Below, piece by piece: positions 39,830 through 52,119 of a DNA stretch of 64,000 bases (its first letter is position 1; each line of letters begins with the position of its first letter). The notes beneath the pieces are model-generated. The model was given only the letters and a program-made list of their open reading frames with translations, was not told the origin of the DNA and did not search any database. The DNA is from Squalus acanthias (lineage: Eukaryota). Location of the stretch: the NCBI GenBank assembly GCA_030390025.1, contig CM059432.1, positions 130,078,001 to 130,142,000 on the forward strand. The letters are read 5' to 3'. The position numbers and the translations under genes are program-made.

Positions 39830-40716
39830 ACTGGCCAAGGGCTCAGCCATGCCCCTGCCAAGAATGGCCAGCGCCATCACCTCCAAAGGGATGAGGTGAA
39901 GCTAGGAATGTGAGGTGTGCCTCGTGTTTGGTACAGACTATTGGTAGGTGAGTGATGGGAGGTGGGAGGTGGGAGTGGTCGTGCAATGAGCAGTGTGCGA
40001 GGCTAGTGGTGCAGTTGGTAGGAGATGGCTTTTGAAGATGCATTCACTGAGCTTGACCATTGGTCTGAGGTCATGAAGTTTCTTTGAGCACTAGAGCCAG
40101 GTGGTGGGGGCGACACTGCTGGCAGTGACAGCCTCGGTGATCTGGTCCTACATCGTTCTTTCTGGAGGGCCTCCTGGGCCCTGTGGGTAGAGGACCTCTC
40201 CTGCAGTGTTAACCCCCTGCACAAAGCTGCAGTGCTGCGTGCGAGTCCTTGGATGCCACTCCCTCTGGCTTGTTGCGCCAGTTGTGGTCATGCTGAAGCC
40301 CTTTTCCCATTTATTTACATGTGGAAGGCAATTCAGCTTTAAGAGCTGAAGACTGCCATTTGGGAATTATTTTTAATGTTTATTTATTTTTCAGAAGGTT
40401 CTAAGGGCTAAAGACTGCCTATTTTTGAATGATTTATATTTTTTTCATTTTAGAAGGCATTGCCCCTTTAAGGGACCGACACTGCTTTCTAAAATGACAG
40501 CCTTGCTTTAAGACAATGCTGCTCTTGCTCCAGGGACGCTACGGCCACACTACATTGGGCCTCCTGCTGAGAGTAGCGCTGGAAAACCAGTGTTGCACTC
40601 CAGGTTTTGCGCTGTGGTAATTTAAATCAGCAGGCAGCACCAAAATACCGGTATAACAACAGAAAACGCTGGAAAAACTCAGCAGGCCAGGCAGCATCCG
40701 TGGAGAGAGAAAGAGA

Positions 40717-40751
40717 GTTGACGTTTCAGGTCGATGACCTTTCATCAGAAC
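40717..40751 (-). ncRNA. Minimal type I hammerhead motif with GUC triplet, inside a pLTR unit (~40653-40751)
   Basis: GUU-CUGAUGA-A-AGGUC auc GACCU-GAAA-CGUC-AAC. Confidence 0.8.
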
Positions 40752-41467
40752 GCGGCCTGCGCTATGATTTCGGGCAGCCGTTAACTTAGGTCCGCGGTGG
40801 CACCGGCAGGTTTCCAAGATACTCCAATTTCTAGGCCACTGTGTTTAGTTTAGTTTAGTTTGTTAGTGTTGCTCAGATACCATATTCTTGTATATTACTT
40901 TAGTGCTTCCAGTTTCTGATCAGGGTTCTCCGATGCAAGTTTTCTCTCCGTTTCTCCTGTCATATTTTACTATGTTTTTTTTGATCGCACCCAAACATAA
41001 AAATACACCAAGAAAGATATGTGATTGTTCTGATAGTTTGGACTGGGAGTCATACAAAAGTCAGCTGAGGATAACTAAAATGAACTAGAGAACAATAGAA
41101 AGGGAGATTGTGTGTAGCAGCAAGACCGTTTCTATGGAAGGTTAGATACGTTCCACAGAGGTAACTGGATATATGAGGTCAAGAAACTAATGGCTTCACA
41201 GTCACGGCTGTGGGCAAATTCCAGACCCAGTCAAATTGTAGAGGTTGCTAAAGCATAAGTTATATACAGACTCAAAGATTGAAGGAATTACAATGGCTGG
41301 GACTACACAGCAGGACTATCAGCATCTCTAAACAGAAAATAGGTTCAAGTAGAACTAAGAGGTAGACTTTTCAGATTGTTGGGTAGAAAGAAACTTTAGA
41401 AAGTTTTCTAATGGTAATCACATGCAGCTAATGCTGTACTAATTTAATGGATAGAAAACTGGGCGAC

Positions 41468-42998
41468 GTCATAGTAGATGCATTGCTGATCATCTTCCAA
41501 CATTCGATGGAATCTGGAACTGTACCATGGATAAGAGGGTAGCTAATGTTACCCCACTATTCATAAAGGGTGGTAGAGAGAAAGTGGGGAATTACAGACC
41601 AGTAAGCCTGACATCGGTAGTGGGGAAAATGCTAGAGTCCATTATAAAGGATGTAATAGCTGAGCACTTGAAAAACAGTGACAGGATCGGACAAAGTCAA
41701 CATGGATTTACAAAAGGTAAATCGTGCTTGACTAATCTACTGGAATTTTTTGAGGATGTAACTGGGAAAATAGATAAGGGAGAACCAGTAGATGTGGTGT
41801 ATTTGGACTTTCAAAAGGCTTTTGATAAGGTCCCGCATAAGAGATTAGCGTGTAAAGTTAAGGCACATGGGATTGGGGGCAAGGTATTGACTTGGATAGA
41901 GAACTGGTTGGCGGACAGAAAGCAAAGAGTAGGAATTAATGGGTCTTTTTCCGAATGGCAAGCAGTGACTAGTGGAGTACCGCAGGATCGGTCCTTGGAC
42001 CCCAGCTATTCACAATATACATTAATGATCTAGATAAGGGAACTAAATGTAATATCTCCAAGTTTGCAGATGACACAAAGCTGGGTGGGAGTGTGTGCTG
42101 CGAGGAGGATACCGAGAAACTCCAGGATGATTTGGACAGGTTGGGTGAGTGGGCAGAAGCGTGGCAGATGCAATATAACGTGGATAAATGCGAGGTTATC
42201 CACTTTGGTGTCAAAAACAGAAAGGCAGACTATTATCTGAATGGCAATAGATTGGGAGAAGGGGAAGTGCAACGAGACCTGGGTGTACTTGTGCACCAGT
42301 CGCTGAAGGTAAGCAAGCAGGTGCAGCAGGCGGTGAAGAAGGCAAATGGTATGTTGGCCTTCATAGCGAAAGGGTTTGAGTATAGGAACAGGGATGTCCT
42401 GCTGCAGTTGTACAGGGCCTTGGTGAGACCACACCTTGAGTATTGTGTGCAGTTTTGGTCGCCTTATCTGAGGAAGGATGTTCTTGCCATGGAGGGAGTT
42501 CAGCGAAGATTCACAAGGCTGATACCTGGGATGGCAGGAATGACATATGAGGAGAGATTGGGTCAATTGGGCTTATACTCGCTGGAGTATAGAAGAATGA
42601 GAGGGGATCTCATCGAAACATATAAAATTCTGACAGGTCTGGACAAACTAGATGCAGGAAGAATGTTCCCGATGGTCGGAGAGTCCAGAACCATGGGGTC
42701 ATAATCTAAGGATAAGGGGTAAGCCATTTAGGACAGAAATGAGGAGGAATTTCTTCACCCAGAGAGTGGTGAACCTGTGGAATTCTCTACCACAGAAAGT
42801 AGTTGAGGCCAAGTCATTAAATATATTCAAGAATGAGTTAGATATATTTCTTAAAGCTAAAGGTATCAAGGGATATGGGGAGAAGGCAGGTACAGGGTAC
42901 TGAGTTTGGATGATCAGCCATGATCTCATTAAATGGCGGAACAGGCTCGAGGGGCCGAATGGCCTACTCCTGCTCCTATCTTCTATGTTTCTATGTCT
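41468..42998 (+). mobile_element. Young CR1 LINE, same subfamily as 30971-32756
   Basis: ORFs 41527-42033, 42093-42704 and 42652-42903; peptides nearly identical to the other copy. Confidence 0.96.
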
Positions 42999-43949
42999 TC
43001 TCACAATTTCCTGCTCTGTGTTTCTGGTGGGTGAATCTCCCTAATTGGAGCATGCATTAGTAAAATTAGGCCTATGGTTTAAGTCAATGATGTTTTCTGC
43101 AGTCCTCTGCATTTCTCGGGACTTTAGAAACTTTGGTCCAGAAAGCACGCTGTGCGATTTATCGAAGGAAATAAACTTTATAAATACTAATGTATCCTTA
43201 CAGTGATGGTCTTGGCAAGAGGTGACAAACCTCAAATGGTTAGTTATATTAAGTGCATTCTTGCTTCCATATATGCATAGCCAAAAGTTCACTAATGACT
43301 AAAATATTCATACCTCACCAGCAACATGAAAAAATCCCCCAAAAAACCAAAATCCCTCTTTACCATAGGAAACACAAATTAATTCCTCCAACATTAGCCC
43401 TAAAAGTGGAAGAATGTTCCTCAACTTATCTAAGATAGCCCATGAACAATATAAACAAATGGCAGGCAAAGGAAGAAAACTCGCCAACTGAGAATACTCT
43501 GAACTGAGAATAGAAATGAGTCAAAGAAATGTCCAAATTAGGAACACCAGCATTAATCGCCAGGGACTAACAGGACGACAAGCACTAACATTAGACTCGA
43601 TGTCCTCTACAATGACAAGCCACCTCATTCAGGACCTGCAACCACTGGCAGCAATCCCCAGAGATCTTGTACAAAAGAATTGTTCATGCCTCATTTGGAA
43701 CCAATAACCCACAGCACTTCCACCATGGAAATGGATGTCAAGGTTATGTATAGGAAATTAATTTCTCGTTACACCTAAATTATAATATGTAGCGTGAGAC
43801 GACAGGCAGTTTTATATTGAAGTTGGGGTCCTGGGGGAGTGGCACTCAAATGAAGACGGTGACCTTTGCGTGTCGCTCTCCCAAATTTACCTTTCTTCCT
43901 GCTGCTGTTCCACATTAAGGAGGCTGGTTTTATTAACGGAGACCCATAC

Positions 43950-43979
43950 CTTGCACATAACTGCGGATTTTGTGGTTGC
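43950..43979 (-). CDS. Putative 30-nt micro-exon (CNHKIRSYVQ)
   Basis: Acceptor ctcttttttttcacacag, donor AAG|gtatgg, phase 1-1. Confidence 0.6.
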
Positions 43980-46928
43980 CTGTGTGAAAAAAAAGAGTTA
44001 TTTGTTTCATATAAATGTTCAAAAGAATAGCAAAATGAAGCATATGCGGGACACAGTCATATGAACTTTGGTCCATACATAAAAGTCTTGAAATGGTTTC
44101 TGCCAGTCATTTCACTGTAGCTATGCACCCTTTTTCATAACAGCGCTATCCTAGAGGTCAAATGTCAGGCTTCCAAACAAACTATCTGGAACTGAGGTGC
44201 AGCCTTTCACAATGCAGATTGAATTAGCACTTTGAAAAAAAAAGTAATGCAAGCCCTGCTTCAGTGAATGTTTTGATCTGAAATTAAACACATTTGCATT
44301 TAGAGTGACTCATTTTCAGAGACTTTTTTTGTTCAGGAGGGGAGGCCTTAAGGTGAGAAATGTAGATTCATAAAATGGCTGGCTTTGCCAACTACCATCA
44401 GGCTTTATTCAAACAGTTTGAAACATAATTAACTAATTATAATAATCACTTACATCCATTAGATTAGGCAGCTGAAAGCTCATATACTACAAGCTCAATT
44501 CACCGTCGTATTGTTATCAATGTTTGTAGAATATGACGACTCCTTGGCAAACTAACATGCATATGAATGCAAAACTTCACACTCATTGCCACTAAAATTA
44601 ACTGTGACCGTGCTATTTTTATTATATGTCAAAGCTATTTTACTTGTGTGTGTGGAGGTTAATTAATAAAACCGTGTTTAAGAAAACGCTAAATTAGTGC
44701 GACTTCATTTGCCAAGGTACCCCAATAGCAACAGGAACAAAGAGCTTCTCAATAGCACTTAGGAATTAAGTCTTATCTAAAATGAACATCGGTGTGGGGT
44801 AGCTTTTCTCCACATATCTACCACTGATTAACACATGGCAGTAATCCAACTACTAGAATAGTTACTGCCATTCCACATATTCCACATAATAATGAACCCA
44901 GCACAAGTTGACTAAAACGGCAATTACCAGGGGACAGTAGTCAGTTGAATAAACCGGCTGATTTTAGGGCTGTCAGTGGGCCAGTTTTTGAAATTGCCAC
45001 CAGTTGCAGAAAGGCAGTTTTATCGAGGAATTCAATGGTTCATTTCCTTTAAGATTGCATGCTGCAGCCAAGTGCTAATAGTAAAAGAAACAGCCATTGG
45101 CATTGCCCATTAAAACTATCAACTGCCAATTTAAAAAACTTAGCTGGATCAGTGAAAAACTGGCGAAGAGGCAACCCTAACTGTCCCATTTTATGGCACT
45201 AAATTGGAAGTCAGGATTAAAGCCTCACACTGGAGCATGCTTCTAGCTCCCTGATATTCTATTTGTATAAATATGAATTTGATTAAGAGTCATATAATCG
45301 CACGGCCTCGTTCAGAGATTTATTGGAGGTTATATTAGGGCTTAATCAGTGCACCTACTTTTTTCATTTTTTGAGGCGAGTATGAATGAGAATGAAAGGT
45401 TGTGGCCCTGTAGTTGCGAGGGGATTCTCCTGATCTCCCACCATGAGTTTGAAAGGAATTGATGGAACCTGTAGCGAAATGGGGCGGATGGCCGTTTTCA
45501 TCGGTTAACGCCCCTTCGCTAGGGGTTCTGTCAGTCTCCAGCCGAAGTTATGGCGGGGAACCGGGAAAGCCCCCTACCGAATTTTCCAGGCCAGTAGGAT
45601 ACATTTTAGTCATCGGCACTCCTGGCGCTCAGCTTCACAAGCACACCACGGCGCACTCCGCAAATGATTCTCTGTTCATTCATTTAATAGGCGGAAGAAT
45701 GTGAGCAGCGCAAGCCCGATTTTCCAACATGTCCTCCCAGTGTGGCAGGAAAGATGAAGATGAAAATTTACCCTGGCACGTCCTCCCCAACATATCTTTC
45801 CCTTACATATACACAACAGCCCAGATGTCCTGCAAGGAGCAAAATCCCTGTCAGAGGTCTGGTGGGACACAACTTCTCCCCTACCCAATGGAACGAGCCC
45901 TCACCCTGCCATAATTGTCGGAGTCAGTGTGATTGGCATAATCCATGTGAGTGGCAGGCGTTGGAAACATCTCTTTGATTGGACAGGAAATAGTCTGCTG
46001 ATGCAGGCTTTAAGCAGCTACAGCATCTTAAAAGGAGCAGGTGCCCTCAGCGGATGTTTATGTCAGTGACCCCAAAGATCTGCTGCCCAAAATGTCTGAA
46101 AGGTCTCCGGCAGGCCACGAAGACCCCAGATTTGCTGATGCAGATATAAGCCACAGGAGGCTCTCTTTGGAATAGAGAAATTGAGTGCTCCAATGAGTCA
46201 TATCAGTCCTTCGACTGAAAGTGATATGTGAGCTCCTCTCCTCAGAAAATCATTCCAGCCTCTCTTCCAGCTCTAGATATGGTGCAAAATCAAGAGGAGG
46301 CGAATTCCGCAGCAGTTCTCCTGCTCGCCCACCATAACTTGGGCGTATGAAAACCCCGGAAAAACGGTGTAAACCGTTACATTATCTCAGATATATTCTC
46401 ACTGTGATCTATTGTTCAAGACTCAATAAAGACTAGTTTTGTACATTTGGTAACGCAATATGGACAGCCATAAGAAAGAGACTTAGAGACCTTGAAGAAG
46501 TGCAACTGGATCTCAAGTCACAGCCAGTTCCTTGCCAGCACCTACATCCAAGCAAGTGACACAAGAAGCGCCCAAAAGTCTGCAGATCCCCTTCCCTCCT
46601 CACAATTCCAGGAACTACAGGCAGGCCTATTTAGAGTTGAAACATGTTGAGCTAAGTGGACAGCAGAAACACAAGCAGGTCTACAGGGGATTTCACAGAG
46701 AGTGCCTACACCTACTTATTCTAGTAGCACATCATTTTGGGTTAGTCAACTAGAAAGACTACAGCACAGTAATAGAGGTAACACAAAGGCACATCATCTT
46801 AAATACACTTTACATTACATTTTATTTGCAGGTATTCTGAAATGGGAACTATAGCATGTGCTCTGGATCAAACCTTATCCAGCTGGCATGTAAACTTCTC
46901 ATACAAAATAAAGCAAAATAATCAAAAC

Positions 46929-48577
46929 TGTAGAATTCGCAAAATTATCGCGATTTTATAAAATAAGAAGGAGACATAAAGTTTCATACAAACAGCTTTT
47001 ATTTCAGCAGAATGCTGTCAGGTTTCAAAACGGACACAAACAGCCTGTAAAATGGCCGCCACGCCTCGTGGCAGAAAGTTCTAGACTTTCAGTGGGCAGA
47101 CAAGATGGCGTTCCAATAAACATTTGTGCAAGATCGAACAGGACTCAGCACATTTGAGATAATTGACAAGACATGATGGGTTTGCATTTTAAACATAAAT
47201 ACTGGAATCGGTCTCCCAGGTGCAAACAAGGCTATTGTACTGAGCGATCAAGGACCCATCCAAAGACATTAATATGCAAAATCCCCACGACTCTACGATG
47301 AGAGAGCCGTTTGCGGGTACTTACAGTAAGCATTTGGAAGCCCCAAAACCCCTCCAGGGAGACTACTAGCCGGTTCCACAATGGGAGAAATATTAACGGG
47401 TACTCAGACAGTTACAAGTATCACCGAAACCCATTAAAGACTGAGATCACCCCATACAAGAAGTTTGAGCGCCAAAAACCTGACAAAAGATAGACATTAA
47501 GATTGGGCGGGAAAAGAGGAATTACAGCACTATAACTGTAAGGTACAACCGTCCATCTCTCGCTTGCTGCTCTTGCTGCTTTGACTCACTGGAAGGCTGC
47601 TGAACTTTTATTCTCTTGCCTGACGGCTCTGGACTCTGATCCGCTAGGATCAACCTCGTGGCTTGCCGCGAAGATCTGTGGAGAACTGGGCTGTGAGGCC
47701 TGGAAGCGGGCGCACCATCCCGAGAAGTCGGTAAACGGTGTTGGAACCGAAGGCCCGAGAGGAGATGAGATGAGATGAGATGAGATGAGAAGAGAAGAAG
47801 ACGACAATACGCATCGCCACGGTCAGTAAGCCCCGACCGCGCCTGTAAGTCGAATAAACACTTCTTTGAATTTTATCGGCTACTCCACAACTGGCCTAGG
47901 AAGACCCTTCTTTGAGTTCTACAGACAACTGGTGTAGGGCACAGGAAGACTCTTTTTTGAGTAGTATCAGAACTCCGAGAGCAACACAGATCTTCATGAC
48001 AGCAGACGGTCCAGCCTGCTAGCCGGAGCAGAAACGAGTAAACAAGTGGGGTACAGAGACCCCTGATCAACACGTGGATAGTCAGGTGCTGCGGTAAAAA
48101 CATCCGAGCAGAGTTTCGGAATTCTCCGAGTTATCACGAGTGGTGAGCATGAGTCTCGATCCTACAAATCTAGATTAGGACAGGTATTGATAGGGGAGGG
48201 TTTAAGTTTTAAGGATAATTATAATGTGTGTCCCCTTTTACGATGTGTCATGCGCTCCTCGTTTCCCTAAATTTAGTTTCATAACTGTGTGTAAGATTGT
48301 ACTGTCGTTAATCTGTGCTTATGACATGTATCTCGTAATCTTGAATAATATGCAATAAAGATTTTCCATTTCGCACTATTCAACCGGGTCTACCTGAGTC
48401 TTTCTCTGCATTATTGCTCTCGCACCTAAGTCCAGTGTCAGAACCGTAAGGGCGAGTGGGTCGAACCACTCACAGGTGTCTAGTGTTATCAGGCTGGCTG
48501 GAGACCAGAACAGGCAACAAGGCCTAACCCCGCACTAGCACCCAGGCTAAGCACAGAGCAGCAGGTCACCCCTTACA
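46929..48577 (+). mobile_element. Solo LTR (ERV- or Gypsy-type)
   Basis: TGTA...TACA termini with AAAC 4-bp TSD; CpG-rich; AATAAA at 47853 and 48354; no internal coding sequence. Confidence 0.75.
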
Positions 48578-49019
48578 AAACACACGCTACACATTCACTG
48601 CTACTGAAATAAAGACCCAACACACCACCTTAAATGTTGCAGCCATTATTTTCTTTCAAACTTAATATTTTATCGATAAACAGTCGCAGCCAGGAGTATC
48701 CATGAGAAAAGAGAACATGGGGGTGGATTTCCATGGGGGTTCTCCCGCGTGTCCACTGTAACTTCAGTCTAAAGCAGACTGCACAATGTCTTGAGTGTTC
48801 AAGCACTCTCTGTCTTCAGCTGTCTCTATATTGGGTGAGGTTTGAGCTTTGAACTCCTGAGAATTGATGTAGCTTTTCCTCTCTTTCAGGTCACTCCTCT
48901 GATGTTTGTACCTTTTCAGAGGTGGTCCCGTGGCTGTTCCGACCCTGGAGACAACTTCCTCTCTGCGTGTCCTCTGGGCTTTGTTCTGCTCCTTGCACGT
49001 TAGTTGTCACAAACTTTCT

Positions 49020-50930
49020 GGGCTAGAAATTCATGGCCTTAGCGCCACTCCATAGCGCTATTAAATAAATGACGGTGGCCGCTCTTTCACCAGCTGCTGG
49101 CGGTTCTCACGGCGGCCGCCGTTTTCGTCCTTACCTTTGCGCTACCGGTAACTGGCAGCACCATGCTGGAAAAAATGGCGTGCAGATGTAAATCGGTATG
49201 CAACGGCGACTTTACGTCACAAGTGCGAACTTCGACCCTAGCACTGAATTCAGCGCTGGGTCCTAAGCACGCCAAATTAACCTGGCGTGCAAGCAAACTG
49301 ACAGCGGCAATGTCTTACATCGTTCAGGTAAGTTTGAATTTAAGGGTTTGGACTGTTTTTTTTTGATTTTATTGAAGTGGTGGCTTGCTGCAATAGATGT
49401 GAAAAGTTTTTTAAGTGTATAGGGAGTGCTGCTGGACACTTGCAAGGGCTCAGATGGTAAATGAAGGCCTTTGAGAAGACAGAACATGCTGCGAATACTC
49501 AGCAGGTCACACAACATCCGTGGAGAGAAAAACAGAGTTCACATCTCAGGTCGACATGCTGCCTGAGCAACTGAGTATTTCCAGCATTTTATGCTGTAAT
49601 TTCACATTTACAGCATCCGCTTCTCTGAGAAGAGGAAGACACAGAAGAGGAGGAAGCCGAAGAGGAGGAATCAGATGGATGGCTGCATCCCAGACAGCTT
49701 CTTTGTGGCCGGGATACCTGGGATGGAATCATCCACCTACGGTCCCAGTGACCATAACCCCAATTCCCCTTTCAACAATAGTCCCACACCTCACCTTCCA
49801 TCTGTTACCGACCATCACAATGTCCTCTTGGCCATGATGCTGAAATAAAAGGCACCACAAAGCAAACTTTCCAATCCACCAATATACGTCTATCCATCTA
49901 ATGTGATATCGAGAAATCAACTCATCACCCGTATGCATTCTCTTAGTGACTGTCTTGTGTGTGCCTTTGCCTGTCCTACTGATGTCACGCAGTGCTACCC
50001 CAGTGGCTGCAGCATGGTTGGTGGAAGGCTGCTGACTTTCAGAGGGGGACACTGCAAATGTCCTTGCTGGTTGACCTTGAGGAGCTGGTGGCTGGGAGTG
50101 TCAAATCAATCATCTTCTTGTTCTTTTTCACTCTCCTCTCCCTCTCCTTGTTGACCCACTGGCTGGGCAGACTGCATTTCTTGGGTGCGTGAAATGAGGA
50201 AGGCACGAGGGTGGAGTTGTGCTAATGGGAGGGCAGGAAAGCATGAGGTGCATGCCAGAAGGAGGATAGCATATGAGGATACCAGCATCTTGTATCCTTT
50301 CAACCCCGCCACTGGCCAAAGTCTCAGCCATGCCCCTGCCAAGAATGGCCAGCACCTGTCTCCTCCAAGGGGGTGAGGTGAGGCTAGAATGGGCGATGTG
50401 CCTCGTCATAGGTAAATTGTTGTAGGTGAATGACTTGGGGTCGTGCATTGAGCAGTGTGTGAGGCTAGTGGTGCAGTTGGTAGGAGATGGCTTTTGAAGA
50501 TGCATTCACTGACCTTGACCACTGGTCTGAGGTCATGAAGCTTCTTTGGGCACTGGAGCCAGGTCGTGGGGGGCAACACTGCTAGCAGTGATGGCCTCTA
50601 TGATGTGGTCCCACATTGTCCTTTCTGGAGGGCCTCCTGGCCATTGTGGGTAGAGGGCCTTTGTTGCAGTGTTGACCCCCTGCACAAAGCTGGAGAGCTG
50701 CATGCAAGACCCTGAATGCCCCTTCCCTAGCTTGCTGAGCCATTTGTGTTAGTGCTGAGGCAGTTTTCCCATTTGTTGAGGTTAGAAAGGTAATTCAGCT
50801 TTAAGAGCTGAATATTCACACTTGGGACTTCTTTTAAATGTTGAATATTTTTTAAAAGGCAGAAAGGGCTGAAAAATGTATTGATTGACTGCATTTTATT
50901 TTGTATTGCTTCTGTGTGCATGGCCCCTTT
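49020..50930. mobile_element. Harbinger-derived composite element, copy 3 (right end unclear)
   Basis: TIR GGGCTAGAAATTC; collinear with 38624-40470; pLTR hairpin ~49479-49619; Myb remnant ~50510-50750. Confidence 0.82.
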
Positions 50931-51031
50931 AATTCTCAGAACTCTTCATTGCCCACAATTCCCTGGGTGATCCACAGCTTTGCTCACAGAGGCTGTGGGA
51001 AGCTGCAACACCGGACCTGGACAGAAACTTC

Positions 51032-51774
51032 GGGCTGGATTTTGATACTGGGGCGGGTTGGGGTCGTGTCATCCGCATTTCGTGTTATCCACCCGACTGC
51101 AATTGGATGTGGGAGATTGATGCAATTTTCACCTAATTGGGCAATTGAGTTGCAGCATGTGGGAACCCAATTAGTGGTTTCATTCTGAAAGTCGCCTCTG
51201 ATGATGTCATCATTGCTTCTGCATTGCAGGTCAGAGACTGCCTGGTCTCAGAGACTGCCTGACCTTTGCTGTGAGAGGACCTGGATGCAAAATGAGCAGC
51301 ATTAGAGAGAGAGAGAGAGAGAGAGAGAGAATTTTTTATGCATCCAGGTCCTCTCACAGCAAGGCCAGGCAGTCTCTGAAGACATTCAATGCAGCAGCAT
51401 CAGAGGCGACTTTCAGACCTAATACTACTACCTTCATCACATCTCCGTTGTAATAGTGGACCTGCAGCTGATAGTCAGCTATCCACTTGTGCTCCCGCCA
51501 GTTTTCACATCAGGCGTGCTTCACGTCGGAAAAGGTTAAACTAGCTAAAACATTTCAAAATGGCATTACAGAGCCAATCTAGGGCTTGTTAAGGGCTTTA
51601 ATGGCATCTCCTGCCTCTTGGAGGCGGGACGGAGTCGGGAACACCGTGACCGATTTTGTCAAAGTTACGTGGAGGCGGAATGGAGTCGGGATCAGGTCCG
51701 CCCGCCACTTTTCGCTATTTTAATCTCCCACACACCTCCAAACCCGACTCCACGGGTCATTGAAAATCCAGCCC
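51032..51774. mobile_element. Harbinger-type MITE with internal palindrome
   Basis: TIR GGGCTGGATTTT / AAAATCCAGCCC with TTC TSD. Confidence 0.88.
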
Positions 51775-52119
51775 TTCTTCTCGGATCCCTCCAGCAACGC
51801 CACCAGGACGGCATTACACGGAAGGTGAGCGCTGTGCCACCTATCTCCATGCCCCTCAGACCAATTTCACTCGGTTAGCGTTGTGGCCATTTCCAGTGGC
51901 CATTAACTGCAGTTGCCGGTGTCACCGGCACCTTTGCTGGCGAACACAAATTGATCTCCCGCCTCATACTCCTCCTCAGATAATGGGAGTCATGCATGGT
52001 TTAGGATATTCAATCATTATATAGATTTTTTCTAATACTGTTTTCTTCCTTGCATTAACTTTAGTGAGTTCCAGTCCTTGATTTATTATTAATTTCCCTG
52101 GAATGTCAGGTATATTAGC

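Larger units (their letters stand above)
38624..40837. mobile_element. Harbinger-derived composite element, copy 2 (both ends present)
   Basis: TIRs GGCCTAGAAATT / AATTTCTAGGCC with ACT TSD. Acidic transposase tail (+), Myb exon remnant ~40050-40290 (-), pLTR hairpin 39083-39221. Confidence 0.88.

Noticed and set aside
44835..44871. 10-bp stem hairpin ATGGCAGTAA/TTACTGCCAT
   Set aside because: Too short for a pre-miRNA and no match to a miRNA I recognise.
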